Assembly (NCBI GenBank): GCA_023667245.1
Contig: JAMPAL010000001.1
Location: 1,317-65,316, forward strand
Reading direction: 5' to 3'
Length of the DNA: 64,000 bases
Source: Anaeroplasma bactoclasticum
GTDB taxonomy: Bacteria > Bacillota_I > Bacilli_A > ML615J-28 > CAG-313
The notes under the pieces are model-generated. The model saw only the letters and a program-made list of their open reading frames with translations, was not told the DNA's origin and made no database searches. Positions 48,554 to 58,259 of the stretch are shown here, piece by piece (within the stretch, counting starts at the first letter, position 1; each line of letters opens with the position of its first letter). Both the position numbers and the translations under genes were made by a program.

Positions 48554-48725
48554 GATTGTATTACCTCGTATTGCCACTATTTATCTATCATTTTCATATA
48601 AAATACTCTTTCATTATAACACAAATCAAGAAAATTGCAAATCTTGAAGCATTCAAAATGGTGATGATTGCTAATGGTTTGCATTTTTTTCATTTTATGA
48701 TATAATACATTCAAGAGGTGGCGTT

Positions 48726-48989
48726 ATGAAAGAAAAAAAGATGCAAAAAGACACTAAACAACAAGAAAATCAAGTTCAAGTAAAACCAACTGAATCTACT
48801 GATAAAATTGATGGTTTAAGATGGTTATTTGCTGTGGTAGGTTTTCTTTGCCCTGTAATCGGTTATGTATTGTACTTGGTTTGGAAACAAAAACATGCTA
48901 GAACTTCTGATATGAGTGGTTGGGCAGCTCTTTTGGGTGTATTCGCTTATATTATTTTCTTCTTTGTTTGGGTATTTTTTATTAAATAA
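48726..48989 (+). CDS. small two-TM membrane protein
   Basis: 87 aa with RBS AGAGGTGG. Its TM hairpin is paralogous to the C-terminus of the next gene. Confidence 0.6.
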   Translation: MKEKKMQKDTKQQENQVQVKPTESTDKIDGLRWLFAVVGFLCPVIGYVLYLVWKQKHARTSDMSGWAALLGVFAYIIFFFVWVFFIK

Positions 48990-48996
48990 ATAAAAT

Positions 48997-49030
48997 AAGA
49001 CACAATTTTGCTTGTGTCTTTTTCTTTTTT
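48997..49030 (+). terminator. intrinsic terminator
   Basis: AAGACACAA-TTTTGC-TTGTGTCTT followed by a T-run. Confidence 0.75.
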
Positions 49031-49070
49031 ATGGTATAATGCTGATATATATTTGTTTCGAGGTGATAAA

Positions 49071-49457
49071 ATGAAAAAATGTAAACATTGTAATGCCCAA
49101 GTTGATGATGAAACCAAGTTTTGTCCTTACTGTGGAGAAAAATTAGAAGAAATTGTAGTAGAAAATAATCCCTATGCTCAATACAATTATCAAGAAAACT
49201 CATCTTCATCGGATTATAGTCAAAATTATAATTCCAATCAAATGCAATCTGACGATGCATTTAGTTTTGGATTTGCAGTTCTTTCTTTTTTCTTTCCCAT
49301 TGTAGGTTTGGTTTTATTCTGTGTTTGGAACAAAGAATCACCCAAAAAAGCAAAGGGTTGTGGAATAGCTGCTTTGATTAGTGTTATTTTTAATATCCTA
49401 TTTGGCATTTGTTGTGCAGTCATTGTTGCGGCAATGGGTGTTAACGGCCCATATTAA
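49071..49457 (+). CDS. zinc-ribbon domain membrane protein
   Basis: N-terminal CxxC...CxxC (KCKHCNAQVDDETKFCPYCG), a low-complexity linker and two TM helices. The ATG at 49071 follows AGGTGA and a TGGTATAAT -10 box. The tracked ORF start at 49008 is upstream of that promoter. Confidence 0.7.
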   Translation: MKKCKHCNAQVDDETKFCPYCGEKLEEIVVENNPYAQYNYQENSSSSDYSQNYNSNQMQSDDAFSFGFAVLSFFFPIVGLVLFCVWNKESPKKAKGCGIAALISVIFNILFGICCAVIVAAMGVNGPY

Positions 49458-49463
49458 TTTACA

Positions 49464-49943
49464 ATGAAAAAGAATACTTTTCAATGGAAAATACCAGTTA
49501 TTATTATATCTGGTATTTTATTCTCTTGTTTGACTATAGTCTTATTCTTTTTCATCTGGAATCATACGTTTCCAAACTTAGCATTTACAACAGATTTGTG
49601 GGGTAAGGTTCCCTTATGCAATAGAAATGTCAATCGCGCTATTCAAATTGGAGATTTTGTCTTCCCTCTTTGCATTCGTTGTACTAGTATGGGATGCTCC
49701 TTTTTGATCGGAATGTTGTTATTATTTATTCCAAAAATAGCTAACAAGCTGAAAAAACGCCCTTTCTATATATGGATGATACTGAGTATCATTCTAATGA
49801 TTCCGCTAGTAATAGATGGAATAAAAGTATACTTTTTTCAAATCGATAGTCCTAATACAATGCGATATATTACAGGAATCTTATTTGGATGTGGAACTAG
49901 TCTACTCACTAGAACTTTTCTTATACAAATAGAAAAACACTAA
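49464..49943 (+). CDS. DUF2085-like membrane protein
   Basis: 159 aa, 4 TM helices, with a C..C motif (FPLCIRCTSMGCSF) typical of DUF2085 as I recall it. Confidence 0.6.
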   Translation: MKKNTFQWKIPVIIISGILFSCLTIVLFFFIWNHTFPNLAFTTDLWGKVPLCNRNVNRAIQIGDFVFPLCIRCTSMGCSFLIGMLLLFIPKIANKLKKRPFYIWMILSIILMIPLVIDGIKVYFFQIDSPNTMRYITGILFGCGTSLLTRTFLIQIEKH

Positions 49944-49971
49944 ATGTGTATGCACATCTAGTGTTTTTTTT
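49938..49971. terminator. bidirectional terminator
   Basis: Nested hairpin CACTA-A-ATGTG-TATG-CACAT-C-TAGTG followed by T8. Confidence 0.7.
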
Positions 49972-49973
49972 CA

Positions 49974-52900
49974 TTATGAAAATAAAATATAAAATGAATA
50001 ATCAGAATTCATAAAGGCAGGAACAAACACACTGTCATCATAAGAAGCATTCGATAAGAAATACTCTTCTCCATTATACGTTCCCGTAAAGCCTTCATAT
50101 GCATCATACGCGGTAATTACATATTCTATTCCATTTAATGTAATTTGATTTTCTGTGATTACGAGTACATAAGTTTGACCATTAGATTCTTTTTGATATG
50201 TACCTACCCATGCCGCAGGAATTTGAATTTCTGTTGGTGTTTCTTCTTTAACTACATCACAAGTCACATTTAGCGTAAAATCACTATTCATCACCATCAC
50301 TTGGGCAGGTAAATCTCCCCATGGTGCCATATATGTAACATAATATGTTTCACCATTATATGTACCAGTCCATCCTTCATATTCATCATATTCACTTGGA
50401 ACAAAAGCTGTACCATTGATAGTAATTGCATCTTTTGTAATTACTACAATATATTCTACATCATTCTTTGTTCCTTTATACGTACCTATACTTTCTTCTG
50501 GTATAGTTACTGTTGGAGTAGGTTCTTCAACTACATCACAAGTTATTACTAAACTATAGTCACTATTCATCACCATTACTTGCGCAGGTGAATCTCCCCA
50601 TGGTGCCATATATGTAACATAATATGTTTCACCATTATATGTACCAGTCCATCCTTCATATTCATCATATTCACTTGGAACAAAAGCTGTACCATTGATA
50701 GTAATTGCATCTTTTGTAATTATTACAATATATTCTACATCATTCTTTGTTCCTTTATATGTACCTATACTTTCTTCTGGTATAACTATCTCTGAAGGAT
50801 TCGGATTTGGGTTATCAGCCTTTTTGGTAACAATATAATTTTCACGCATTGTACCGATTTGAAGTTTATCATCAGAATAGTAGAAAGAAACATAATATTC
50901 ACTTACTTCTCCAAGTTTTCCTTCATAACCAGTTGCATCTTTATTTGTAATGACATAACGAACATCATTGATGACAATACCTGCATATGTAATGACAACA
51001 GTTATATTATTGGCCTCATTTACCCAAGTTCCTACATAGCCATCTTCTATTTCAAAGTAAGCTTCTGGTGTCAATGTAGTTGCAAAAGAAGTGGAAAAAT
51101 CATTTCTTGCAAAATATAATTCCGTACTAATTTCATCATCTACTAAAACCAAATAATATGTTTCACCATTATATTTACCTACTAATCCTGTTTGTTCTGT
51201 ATATCCTGTAATAGTAAATTCAATATCATCTACAAAAACAACTTTAGAATGAACTTCTATCTTATGCCCTTCACCCTTCCAAATTCCTTTATATGCATCT
51301 GGAATCACTACATCTTTTGTTTCTTCATCTAATGTATAAATCCGTACGACATAACCTTCTGCGTTAAATTGTGCTAATTCATTGGCATTTGACCACATCA
51401 TCAAACTATATGTCACACCATCTAATGTACCTACAAAACCTTCTTGGCTAGAATAACTTGTTACAACAAACTCTACACCATCTACAAAAATGCCTTCTTT
51501 TGTAACTACAATTTGATGTTGATCATCACTATTCCATGTCCCCATATATGGATCTAGTACACTGGTTTGAACCATATTTTCAAAGTTTACTGGAACAATA
51601 GTTGAATTGATATTGCTGTAAGTAAGGGTAACTGTGCCTTTATAACCATATACTACATATTCATATACAATTTGATACAATTCACCATCTTTTATAGTCA
51701 TTTGTAAATAAGTCACATATGCGCCTAATCGTTGGGCATCATAATCTTCACCAATCCATGATGCAATTTCGGATGCAATTTCTGGGGTGCGTGCTACAAA
51801 AGTACCATCTCCTACATATTCCATTACTGCAGGGTCGAATGTATTGAATTTGGCTTGAACATCACCAATTGTTTTGAAATTAGAAAGTGCATCACCCACA
51901 GTAACGACTTTACCATCATATGCAAAACGATATACAAAACCGTTTAATTCTAAGTATCCATATGTGATACCATCAGTTGCATAATCAGAATAAATCGATT
52001 TGTCATCTACATATACATTATAAACAACATCTTCTTCACCAGCCCATTCATCCAAATGAACAAGCGTATAGTTATTGGTAATTTTAGATAATGCTTCTTC
52101 TAATTGACTGTGTTCAGGTGATTTTTCAAAAGGTTTTACCTCTACTCCACTCTTAGCTGTACCATGTTCAGTAATATCAAATGTATATGTAGATACATAT
52201 GTATCTATAATATTACCTTCGCTATCCTCCACTTCAATAGGTTCAGTCACAAATTCTAGTTTTACAATCTTATCATCACTGACATATACATAGAACTTTT
52301 CAATAGACTCTTCCCATCCTGTGATACAAGATGCAACTGGTTTTCTAAGATATTTAAGTTCATATTTACCAGGTTCAATCATTTCAAAATCACTTACAGT
52401 TAAATCTTTAAATGGATTGTCATATTCATCAAATGGTTCACCAAGATCAACTATATATACTTTATTTGTCATGCTAATATATGGTTGTCCACAATTTCCT
52501 TCATAATTGATAAAACCAAGATTATACAATACCTCACCCGTTGCAAGATCTCTCTCAACTTGAGAAACAGATTCTGAATCAAAAATAGTCACTAATGTAT
52601 GTTGAACAAGTGTCTCATCTTTTTCATATACAAGTGTATATTGACCTGTACATTTTAAAGCAGTTTGAACCGATTGCAATGCAGCAAGCGGAATAGTTTT
52701 ATCCACTTCTTTAGTGATGACTTCAATTTGTGTATATTTGGTCAAAACAAATTGACATGTTCCATTCGTAAAGTCTTGAACTTCATTGTTGATGCTTACA
52801 CTTACAATTTCAAAATTATCTTTGGCTGATGCAATAAATGTAACTTGTGTGCCTTCAAGATATTTTCCGTCTTCTTGCTTTGCATCTTCTGGATAACTCA

Positions 52901-53267
52901 ATTCATATGTAACTTGGGCATCATTTGCCTTTACTGATATAGCATAAAAATGAGTAGATTCACCTTGTTTTTCAAATTGAACATTTACTTTTGTATCTTG
53001 GTAAATCGCAAATACATATTTACCATTTTCTAGTTCAACTCCTTTTCCATTGACGTCTACATTGGCGATAACATAGCCTTCATTGGGTTGAACATTCAAT
53101 GTAATGCTTGTCCCTTCTTTATATCCTTTTTCATTCGTTTCTTTTGTGTAAGTAACTGACCCTTGCTCAGAATCAAATACTATATCTAAGCTATAGTATG
53201 TAACAACACATGATGTTGCAAAGGTTAAACCCAACAAAAGAGTTATCATACATAAAAACTTTTTCAT
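49974..53267 (-). CDS. large surface lipoprotein with InlB-B-repeat-like N-terminal domains and six about-90-aa C-terminal modules
   Basis: 1097 aa with lipobox FATS-C. Two N-terminal segments show the Y..GT.VT..A.P..GY pattern. The C-terminal half contains six copies of a (Y/W)xGTW/Y...I..VDG/NG..Y/F..T.Y....G.xGxxxG..Y module. Confidence 0.8.
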   Translation of the reverse strand: MKKFLCMITLLLGLTFATSCVVTYYSLDIVFDSEQGSVTYTKETNEKGYKEGTSITLNVQPNEGYVIANVDVNGKGVELENGKYVFAIYQDTKVNVQFEKQGESTHFYAISVKANDAQVTYELSYPEDAKQEDGKYLEGTQVTFIASAKDNFEIVSVSINNEVQDFTNGTCQFVLTKYTQIEVITKEVDKTIPLAALQSVQTALKCTGQYTLVYEKDETLVQHTLVTIFDSESVSQVERDLATGEVLYNLGFINYEGNCGQPYISMTNKVYIVDLGEPFDEYDNPFKDLTVSDFEMIEPGKYELKYLRKPVASCITGWEESIEKFYVYVSDDKIVKLEFVTEPIEVEDSEGNIIDTYVSTYTFDITEHGTAKSGVEVKPFEKSPEHSQLEEALSKITNNYTLVHLDEWAGEEDVVYNVYVDDKSIYSDYATDGITYGYLELNGFVYRFAYDGKVVTVGDALSNFKTIGDVQAKFNTFDPAVMEYVGDGTFVARTPEIASEIASWIGEDYDAQRLGAYVTYLQMTIKDGELYQIVYEYVVYGYKGTVTLTYSNINSTIVPVNFENMVQTSVLDPYMGTWNSDDQHQIVVTKEGIFVDGVEFVVTSYSSQEGFVGTLDGVTYSLMMWSNANELAQFNAEGYVVRIYTLDEETKDVVIPDAYKGIWKGEGHKIEVHSKVVFVDDIEFTITGYTEQTGLVGKYNGETYYLVLVDDEISTELYFARNDFSTSFATTLTPEAYFEIEDGYVGTWVNEANNITVVITYAGIVINDVRYVITNKDATGYEGKLGEVSEYYVSFYYSDDKLQIGTMRENYIVTKKADNPNPNPSEIVIPEESIGTYKGTKNDVEYIVIITKDAITINGTAFVPSEYDEYEGWTGTYNGETYYVTYMAPWGDSPAQVMVMNSDYSLVITCDVVEEPTPTVTIPEESIGTYKGTKNDVEYIVVITKDAITINGTAFVPSEYDEYEGWTGTYNGETYYVTYMAPWGDLPAQVMVMNSDFTLNVTCDVVKEETPTEIQIPAAWVGTYQKESNGQTYVLVITENQITLNGIEYVITAYDAYEGFTGTYNGEEYFLSNASYDDSVFVPAFMNSDYSFYILFS
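50250..50807 (-). repeat. tandem 279-bp duplication inside the lipoprotein gene
   Basis: The copy starting at 50281 (TCACTATTCATCACCAT...) recurs at 50560. The encoded 75-aa cores (IPEESIGTYKGTK...VMVMNSD) differ at 2 residues. Confidence 0.9.
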
Positions 53268-53346
53268 ATGTTTCCTCCTATTTTTTTATATTATATCATA
53301 TATTATTTGAAATAGCAATCCATATCAGTTGAAATCGTTTACAATT

Positions 53347-53388
53347 ATAAAAAAGAAAAAAGTTGAAAGCTTCTATCTTTCAACTTTT
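53347..53388 (-). terminator. intrinsic terminator after the alanine symporter gene
   Basis: 12-bp stem AAAAGTTGAAAG / CTTTCAACTTTT overlapping the stop codon, with a T-rich tract on the minus strand. Confidence 0.75.
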
Positions 53389-54776
53389 TCTTGTTTTAAA
53401 CCCTCTTTTGTTTCTTTGGCGATTACACCACTTAGAGCAAGTAAAGCAATTAAATTAGGTAATGCCATTAAAGCATTGCAAATCTCAGCTATATTCCATA
53501 TAGTATTGACTTCTAAAAAAGCACCCATAAATAACACGACTATATATAGCCATTGATATCCTTTTTCAATCCATTTATTTCCATTAGTCAAATAATCCAA
53601 ACAACGCACTCCATATAAATTCCATCCGACAATGGTTGTAAAAGCAAAACAAGCAATACATAAAAGCAATAAAATAGATCCAACTAAACTAGGGAAAGGA
53701 AGACCTGTAGTAAAAGCATAGTTGGTAATAGAAATTCCTTGATGACCGCTAGACCATGCCCCCGTAACTACAATACAAAGCCCCGTTAATGTACAAATAA
53801 TAACTGTACCTAAAAATGTAGATGTCATGGCTATTAATCCTTGATGAACAGGATTATTCGACCTACCAGTTGCTAAGGCAATAGGGGCACTACCAAGACC
53901 AGCCTCATTACTAAATATTCCTTTAGCCACTCCTTCTTGAATGGCATTTCGTACTGTAATAGCTACTACCCCGCCTGCTGCGGCGCGCCCTGTAAAAGCC
54001 ATTTTAACAATGGTAAGTAGACTTTCTGGTATAGCCGTGATATGTGTACAAAGGATAACCAAACAAATCACAATATAAGTTATCGCCATCATAGGTACAA
54101 TCTTTTCACAAGCACTACCGATTCGTTTTACTCCACCAATCAGTATCAACGCAGCACTGAAGGTTACAATAATGCCTGTAATCAAGATGACAATCGATAC
54201 TGGTTTTCCAAATAAAGTAAACATATATATTCCATCTTTATCAAATACATTCTTAGCAGCATCGACTATACCATTCATTTGTGTCATTGTGCCAATACCC
54301 AAGATAGCCGCAAAGGTGCCAAATATAGCAAATGCTTTTGCAAGCCATTTGAATTTTTGTCCCATTCCATATTCAATATAAGCATATGGACCGCCAATTA
54401 ATCGATTATTTTCAATATGTCTATATCTAGTTGCTAAAAAACCTTCCGCATACTTTGTAGCCATACCTAAAAAAGCCGTAATAACCATCCAAAACAATGC
54501 ACCTGGACCACCGATGACAATAGCGGTAGCTACACCAGTAATATTTCCTGTACCTAGTGTTGCGGAAATAGAAATACATAGGGCTTGAAATGTAGATACT
54601 TCGCCACTTCCTTCTTCTTTTTGAAATAAGCAACGAAATGCCCTAGCTAGTTTCGTGATTTGAATGCCCTTTAATCTAATGGTAAGCCAAAGACCAACTA
54701 CCATAATCAAAACAATTAAGGGAATTCCCCAAACCAAATCATGTATACGTTGTATAAATGTGATAGACATTACCAT
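53373..54776 (-). CDS. sodium:alanine symporter family (AGCS) transporter
   Basis: 467 aa, polytopic, with AGCS-typical GGPGALFWMxxxAFLGMATKYAE. Confidence 0.9.
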   Translation of the reverse strand: MVMSITFIQRIHDLVWGIPLIVLIMVVGLWLTIRLKGIQITKLARAFRCLFQKEEGSGEVSTFQALCISISATLGTGNITGVATAIVIGGPGALFWMVITAFLGMATKYAEGFLATRYRHIENNRLIGGPYAYIEYGMGQKFKWLAKAFAIFGTFAAILGIGTMTQMNGIVDAAKNVFDKDGIYMFTLFGKPVSIVILITGIIVTFSAALILIGGVKRIGSACEKIVPMMAITYIVICLVILCTHITAIPESLLTIVKMAFTGRAAAGGVVAITVRNAIQEGVAKGIFSNEAGLGSAPIALATGRSNNPVHQGLIAMTSTFLGTVIICTLTGLCIVVTGAWSSGHQGISITNYAFTTGLPFPSLVGSILLLLCIACFAFTTIVGWNLYGVRCLDYLTNGNKWIEKGYQWLYIVVLFMGAFLEVNTIWNIAEICNALMALPNLIALLALSGVIAKETKEGLKQEKVER

Positions 54777-54781
54777 TTCCT

Positions 54782-55537
54782 CTAACTTTCTCTATATGTT
54801 TCGATAAAACAAGATGGACCCATAATATAGTTTTTACCCACTATTATGATGCCTCCATCGGATTGAATTTGGATTTCTTTTGGTTGAATTAAACCAAGAC
54901 GAAGTAAAACTGCATATGTAGCCATCATCCCCGTACCACAACTAGCCGTAAAACCAACACCTCTTTCATAGGTTTTGATATATATCTTTTCCGTATCTTC
55001 TTCTTGTTTTACTATATCTATATTGACATTATTTTCAAAAGGAGGATATTGATATAAATCAGGAGCATCACGAACTGCACTATCCCAATCCGAAACCATC
55101 ACTACACCATGCCAAACACCTGTATGAACCAAATAAACAGGATAGGCATGCTGATTGATTTTAATCCATTTGGGAAAATCAACTGGTTGATTGAAATCCA
55201 TTGAATAATGAATTTGCATATCAACACGAACTAAAAAGGGATCTATTGAAATAATCTGAGTATGAATCAAGCCACTTCTCGTGATAACATCATTTTTTAA
55301 TTCTGTAATCAACTGATGCATATAACAATAATGAATAAAACAACGAATGCCGTTTCCACACATTGTTGCTATGCTACCATCTTGGTTATAAATAATCATT
55401 TCTAGTGGATCTGTTTTTACAAGGATGAAACCATCATATTGATCCTCGCAATATTGCTTTGCGATGTGACTATTATCCCATCTATTTTGATAAGGGGCAA
55501 TAATAAAGGTGTTATTACTTCCATGATATATTTCCAT
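54782..55537 (-). CDS. dapF: diaminopimelate epimerase
   Basis: Two catalytic Cys motifs, MCGNGIRCF and SCGTG. Confidence 0.9.
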   Translation of the reverse strand: MEIYHGSNNTFIIAPYQNRWDNSHIAKQYCEDQYDGFILVKTDPLEMIIYNQDGSIATMCGNGIRCFIHYCYMHQLITELKNDVITRSGLIHTQIISIDPFLVRVDMQIHYSMDFNQPVDFPKWIKINQHAYPVYLVHTGVWHGVVMVSDWDSAVRDAPDLYQYPPFENNVNIDIVKQEEDTEKIYIKTYERGVGFTASCGTGMMATYAVLLRLGLIQPKEIQIQSDGGIIIVGKNYIMGPSCFIETYRES

Positions 55538-55578
55538 TTGATTCCCCCTCTCATGTACATTTTATGCGAAAATTTACA

Positions 55579-56748
55579 TTAAAGAACACGAAGAACAATG
55601 CATTTCAAATATAGCGATTCATCACTGCCTAGTCGTGTAGGATGATCTGGAGACTGAATTTTGAAATCTACCATTTGTACCATTTTCTTAGCATCAATAG
55701 CTGCTTCTTTTAGCATTTGTAAAAATAATGCTGGAGACATATGTTGCGAACAAGAAAATGTCATTAAAATACCATTTTTCTCGAGTAGTTTTAATGCGCT
55801 CATATTGATTTCTTTATATCCTCGGTATGCTCTTTCAACTGTATCTTTTGATTTGGTAAAAGCAGGTGGATCAAGAACAATCACATCAAATTTACCTTTG
55901 TGTTCTTCTTGTCTTAGATAATCAAACACATCTGTACAAATGACATTTAATTCTACCTGATTGAGCTTTGCATTTTCTACAATATCTTGACATGCCTTCT
56001 GGCTAATATCAAGTGCAGTTACACTGGATGCACCATAATGAGCCGCATGTAATGCAAAACCTCCTGTGTGAGAAAAACAATCCAATACTCGTTTTCCATT
56101 CACATATTGTCTTAATGCTTTTCGGTTGGTTTTTTGGTCTAGAAAGTATCCTGTTTTTTGTCCATTTTCCAAATCTACATGTAAAAGTACACCATTTTCT
56201 TCTATAATAACATGGGGATTAAAATCGATAGGATATAGTTTTTGCTTTACGGGTTCTAGCCCTTCTTTTAAACGAATGGGTATATCACTTCGTTCCATAA
56301 TTCCTTTAGGATGAAATATGGTAATTAATGCCTGTACAATCATATCTTTTCGCTTTTCCATACCTAGTGATAATACTTGAATCGATAAATAATCCCCATA
56401 TTTGTCTACAATCAGCCCAGGTAATAAATCTGCCTCACCAAATACCACACGACAATTATTTAAAAAACCTAAATTTTGACGATATGCATAAGCATTAGAT
56501 ATGCGCTCAACAAAAAATGTTTCATCTATTATAATAGGTTCAAACGAAACCATTCTCACCATAATCTTACTTGCGGTATTTAAAAAACCTCTCCCTATAT
56601 ATTTTCTATCATAGCTATACACATCACATAGTTCACCTGATGCAATTGTACCTTCAAATTTGTGAATTTCATTTGAAAAAATCCATGGATGTCCTTCTAA
56701 AATGCGTTGTTCTTCTGCTTTTTTTAAAATTACACTTTGTATTTCCAT
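55579..56748 (-). CDS. class I SAM-dependent rRNA methyltransferase (RlmI/RlmK-like, PUA domain)
   Basis: N-terminal PUA-like region (EGHPWIFSNEI), SAM motif VLDCFSHTGGF and motif IV VLDPPAF. Confidence 0.85.
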   Translation of the reverse strand: MEIQSVILKKAEEQRILEGHPWIFSNEIHKFEGTIASGELCDVYSYDRKYIGRGFLNTASKIMVRMVSFEPIIIDETFFVERISNAYAYRQNLGFLNNCRVVFGEADLLPGLIVDKYGDYLSIQVLSLGMEKRKDMIVQALITIFHPKGIMERSDIPIRLKEGLEPVKQKLYPIDFNPHVIIEENGVLLHVDLENGQKTGYFLDQKTNRKALRQYVNGKRVLDCFSHTGGFALHAAHYGASSVTALDISQKACQDIVENAKLNQVELNVICTDVFDYLRQEEHKGKFDVIVLDPPAFTKSKDTVERAYRGYKEINMSALKLLEKNGILMTFSCSQHMSPALFLQMLKEAAIDAKKMVQMVDFKIQSPDHPTRLGSDESLYLKCIVLRVL

Positions 56749-56836
56749 ATCTTCACCTTCATTATATTTTTTTTCATTATAGTATAATGATGTTTTTTTT
56801 TCAAATAAATAACAAATTTATTGTTTCTTGAAGAAT

Positions 56837-56858
56837 TATGTCTTTTTGTTTAGACATA
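56837..56858. promoter_or_regulatory. inverted repeat TATGTCT-N8-AGACATA, a candidate operator
   Basis: 7-bp perfect arms in the divergent rlmI-like/XRE intergenic region. Half-site-like GTCT/AGAC elements recur just downstream. Confidence 0.4.
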
Positions 56859-56952
56859 TTTGTCTTCATAGTATAGACTATTTTGACCATTTTTAAAAAT
56901 ACAATGACATTTTAGGTTATAATGAGTAAAAAAGGGTCAAAGGTGGCAGGTT

Positions 56953-57234
56953 ATGCATTGGTGTAAAAGAATAAAAGACTTGCGTATAGATCACGATTTA
57001 ACATTAAAACAACTTGCGCAAAAATTAGAAATTAGTGAAAGAACACTAGCTCGGTATGAAAATGGGGTATCTAAACCGACAGTGGATGTATTAATCCAAC
57101 TTGCCCTATATTTTAATGTCAGTGTAGATTATATATGTGGAATGACAGAAGAGCGATATGAAGAGCAACTTCATACCAAAGAAGATATTGCTTCTATTAT
57201 TGAAAAGTTATATCAATTAAGTAAAAAATTATAA
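56953..57234 (+). CDS. XRE-family HTH transcriptional regulator
   Basis: HTH_3 pattern (IKDLRIDHDLTLKQLAQKLEISERTLARYENG). Confidence 0.85.
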   Translation: MHWCKRIKDLRIDHDLTLKQLAQKLEISERTLARYENGVSKPTVDVLIQLALYFNVSVDYICGMTEERYEEQLHTKEDIASIIEKLYQLSKKL

Positions 57235-57276
57235 AAGATTACAAGGAAGGGATTTTTTTCCTTGTAATCTTTTTTT
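57235..57276. terminator. bidirectional terminator between the XRE and GNAT genes
   Basis: 13-bp stem AAGATTACAAGGA / TCCTTGTAATCTT followed by a T-run. Confidence 0.8.
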
Positions 57277-58258
57277 ATTTTAATGTTTTACTCATGGATG
57301 CAAAAGATTGAATGATTTTGAAACCTGCTCCCATATAAATATAGCGAGCATGATTAGTTAGACCCGTATAAAAAGTCATAAATTTTGCCCCATTCATCTT
57401 ATTGTAATATGCCAAAGAACTGAACAATGCTTTTCCTAGTCCTTTTCCTCTTACTTCTTCTAAAATCGCAATGCCATCAAAATGTCCTCTTCCACTTTCT
57501 TCATTCCACATTGCACCAGTCCAGCCAACAATGCGATTGTTTTTTGTAACAACTAAGAAAGGATAAGGTTTTTCTAATTCAAGATTTGCGCGAATCACTT
57601 TTTCAAAATCATAAATATTTAAGTCACGATAAAATTCATTTATACCATAGTGCTTTGAAGGATCATATAATGTAATTTCAATGCCCTCTTTTTGGTTTTC
57701 TTCTAAAATGCGTTTGATATCTGTACTCAATTCGTAATTTTCTAAATCCAAATGAAAGGCATCTTGAAAACCATATGCCTCATAACCTCTATGTAAGTAA
57801 AAGAAATACTCTTTTGAGTTTAGTCTGATACCTGGAGCACATGGGTGATCATGTTGATTCGTTTCTGGTATATACCAACTATAACAAGAAGGAAGAAAAT
57901 ATGCTGCAGCCACTTTATTACGACCATGTTCTTTAAAGTATGTTTCTAATTGCTTTAAAAGGGTTGAACCAATTCCTTGTCGCCGGTACTCCTTTTTCAC
58001 AATAATTGCATTGATAATTCCTGCTACATCTGGATTATGGATATAAGCTTTTCGTAAATACCCAATCGAAAAAGCAATGAGTGTTCCCGCATCATAGACA
58101 ACTGTAACTGTCTCATAATCAAAATCAGGGTTTGCTAACAATTTTTCTTCAAATGTTTCATAACTCATTGGTTTTAAAAAATATTCTTCAGTGACTACTT
58201 CATTCCATAACTGATTCATAGCTACTAAATCTGCTTTTGTTGCTTGTTGATATTTCAT
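57275..58258 (-). CDS. GNAT-family N-acetyltransferase with two GNAT domains
   Basis: Two motif-A copies, RRQGIGSTLL and RGKGLGKALF. 327 aa. Confidence 0.85.
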   Translation of the reverse strand: MKYQQATKADLVAMNQLWNEVVTEEYFLKPMSYETFEEKLLANPDFDYETVTVVYDAGTLIAFSIGYLRKAYIHNPDVAGIINAIIVKKEYRRQGIGSTLLKQLETYFKEHGRNKVAAAYFLPSCYSWYIPETNQHDHPCAPGIRLNSKEYFFYLHRGYEAYGFQDAFHLDLENYELSTDIKRILEENQKEGIEITLYDPSKHYGINEFYRDLNIYDFEKVIRANLELEKPYPFLVVTKNNRIVGWTGAMWNEESGRGHFDGIAILEEVRGKGLGKALFSSLAYYNKMNGAKFMTFYTGLTNHARYIYMGAGFKIIQSFASMSKTLK

Positions 58259-58259
58259 T

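Noticed and set aside
48982-49423. Minus-strand ORFs 48982..49260 and 49238..49423.
   Set aside because: They run through a plus-strand terminator and promoter and lie antisense to the zinc-ribbon gene. They have no RBS.
53329-53556. A plus-strand 75-aa ORF at the 3' end of the symporter gene.
   Set aside because: It is antisense to a well-supported AGCS transporter and runs through its terminator hairpin.
56571-56831. A plus-strand 86-aa ORF overlapping the rlmI-like start and promoter region. The ORF at 58237..58482 and the one at 59266..59556 are rejected for the same reason.
   Set aside because: They are antisense to real genes and made of AT-rich codons (F, L, I, Y, H). They have no translation signals.
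56953-58258. The XRE regulator plus GNAT acetyltransferase considered as a TacAT-like toxin-antitoxin pair.
   Set aside because: The genes are convergent and separated by a bidirectional terminator. The GNAT is a 327-aa two-domain enzyme co-transcribed with other enzymes, which does not fit TA architecture.
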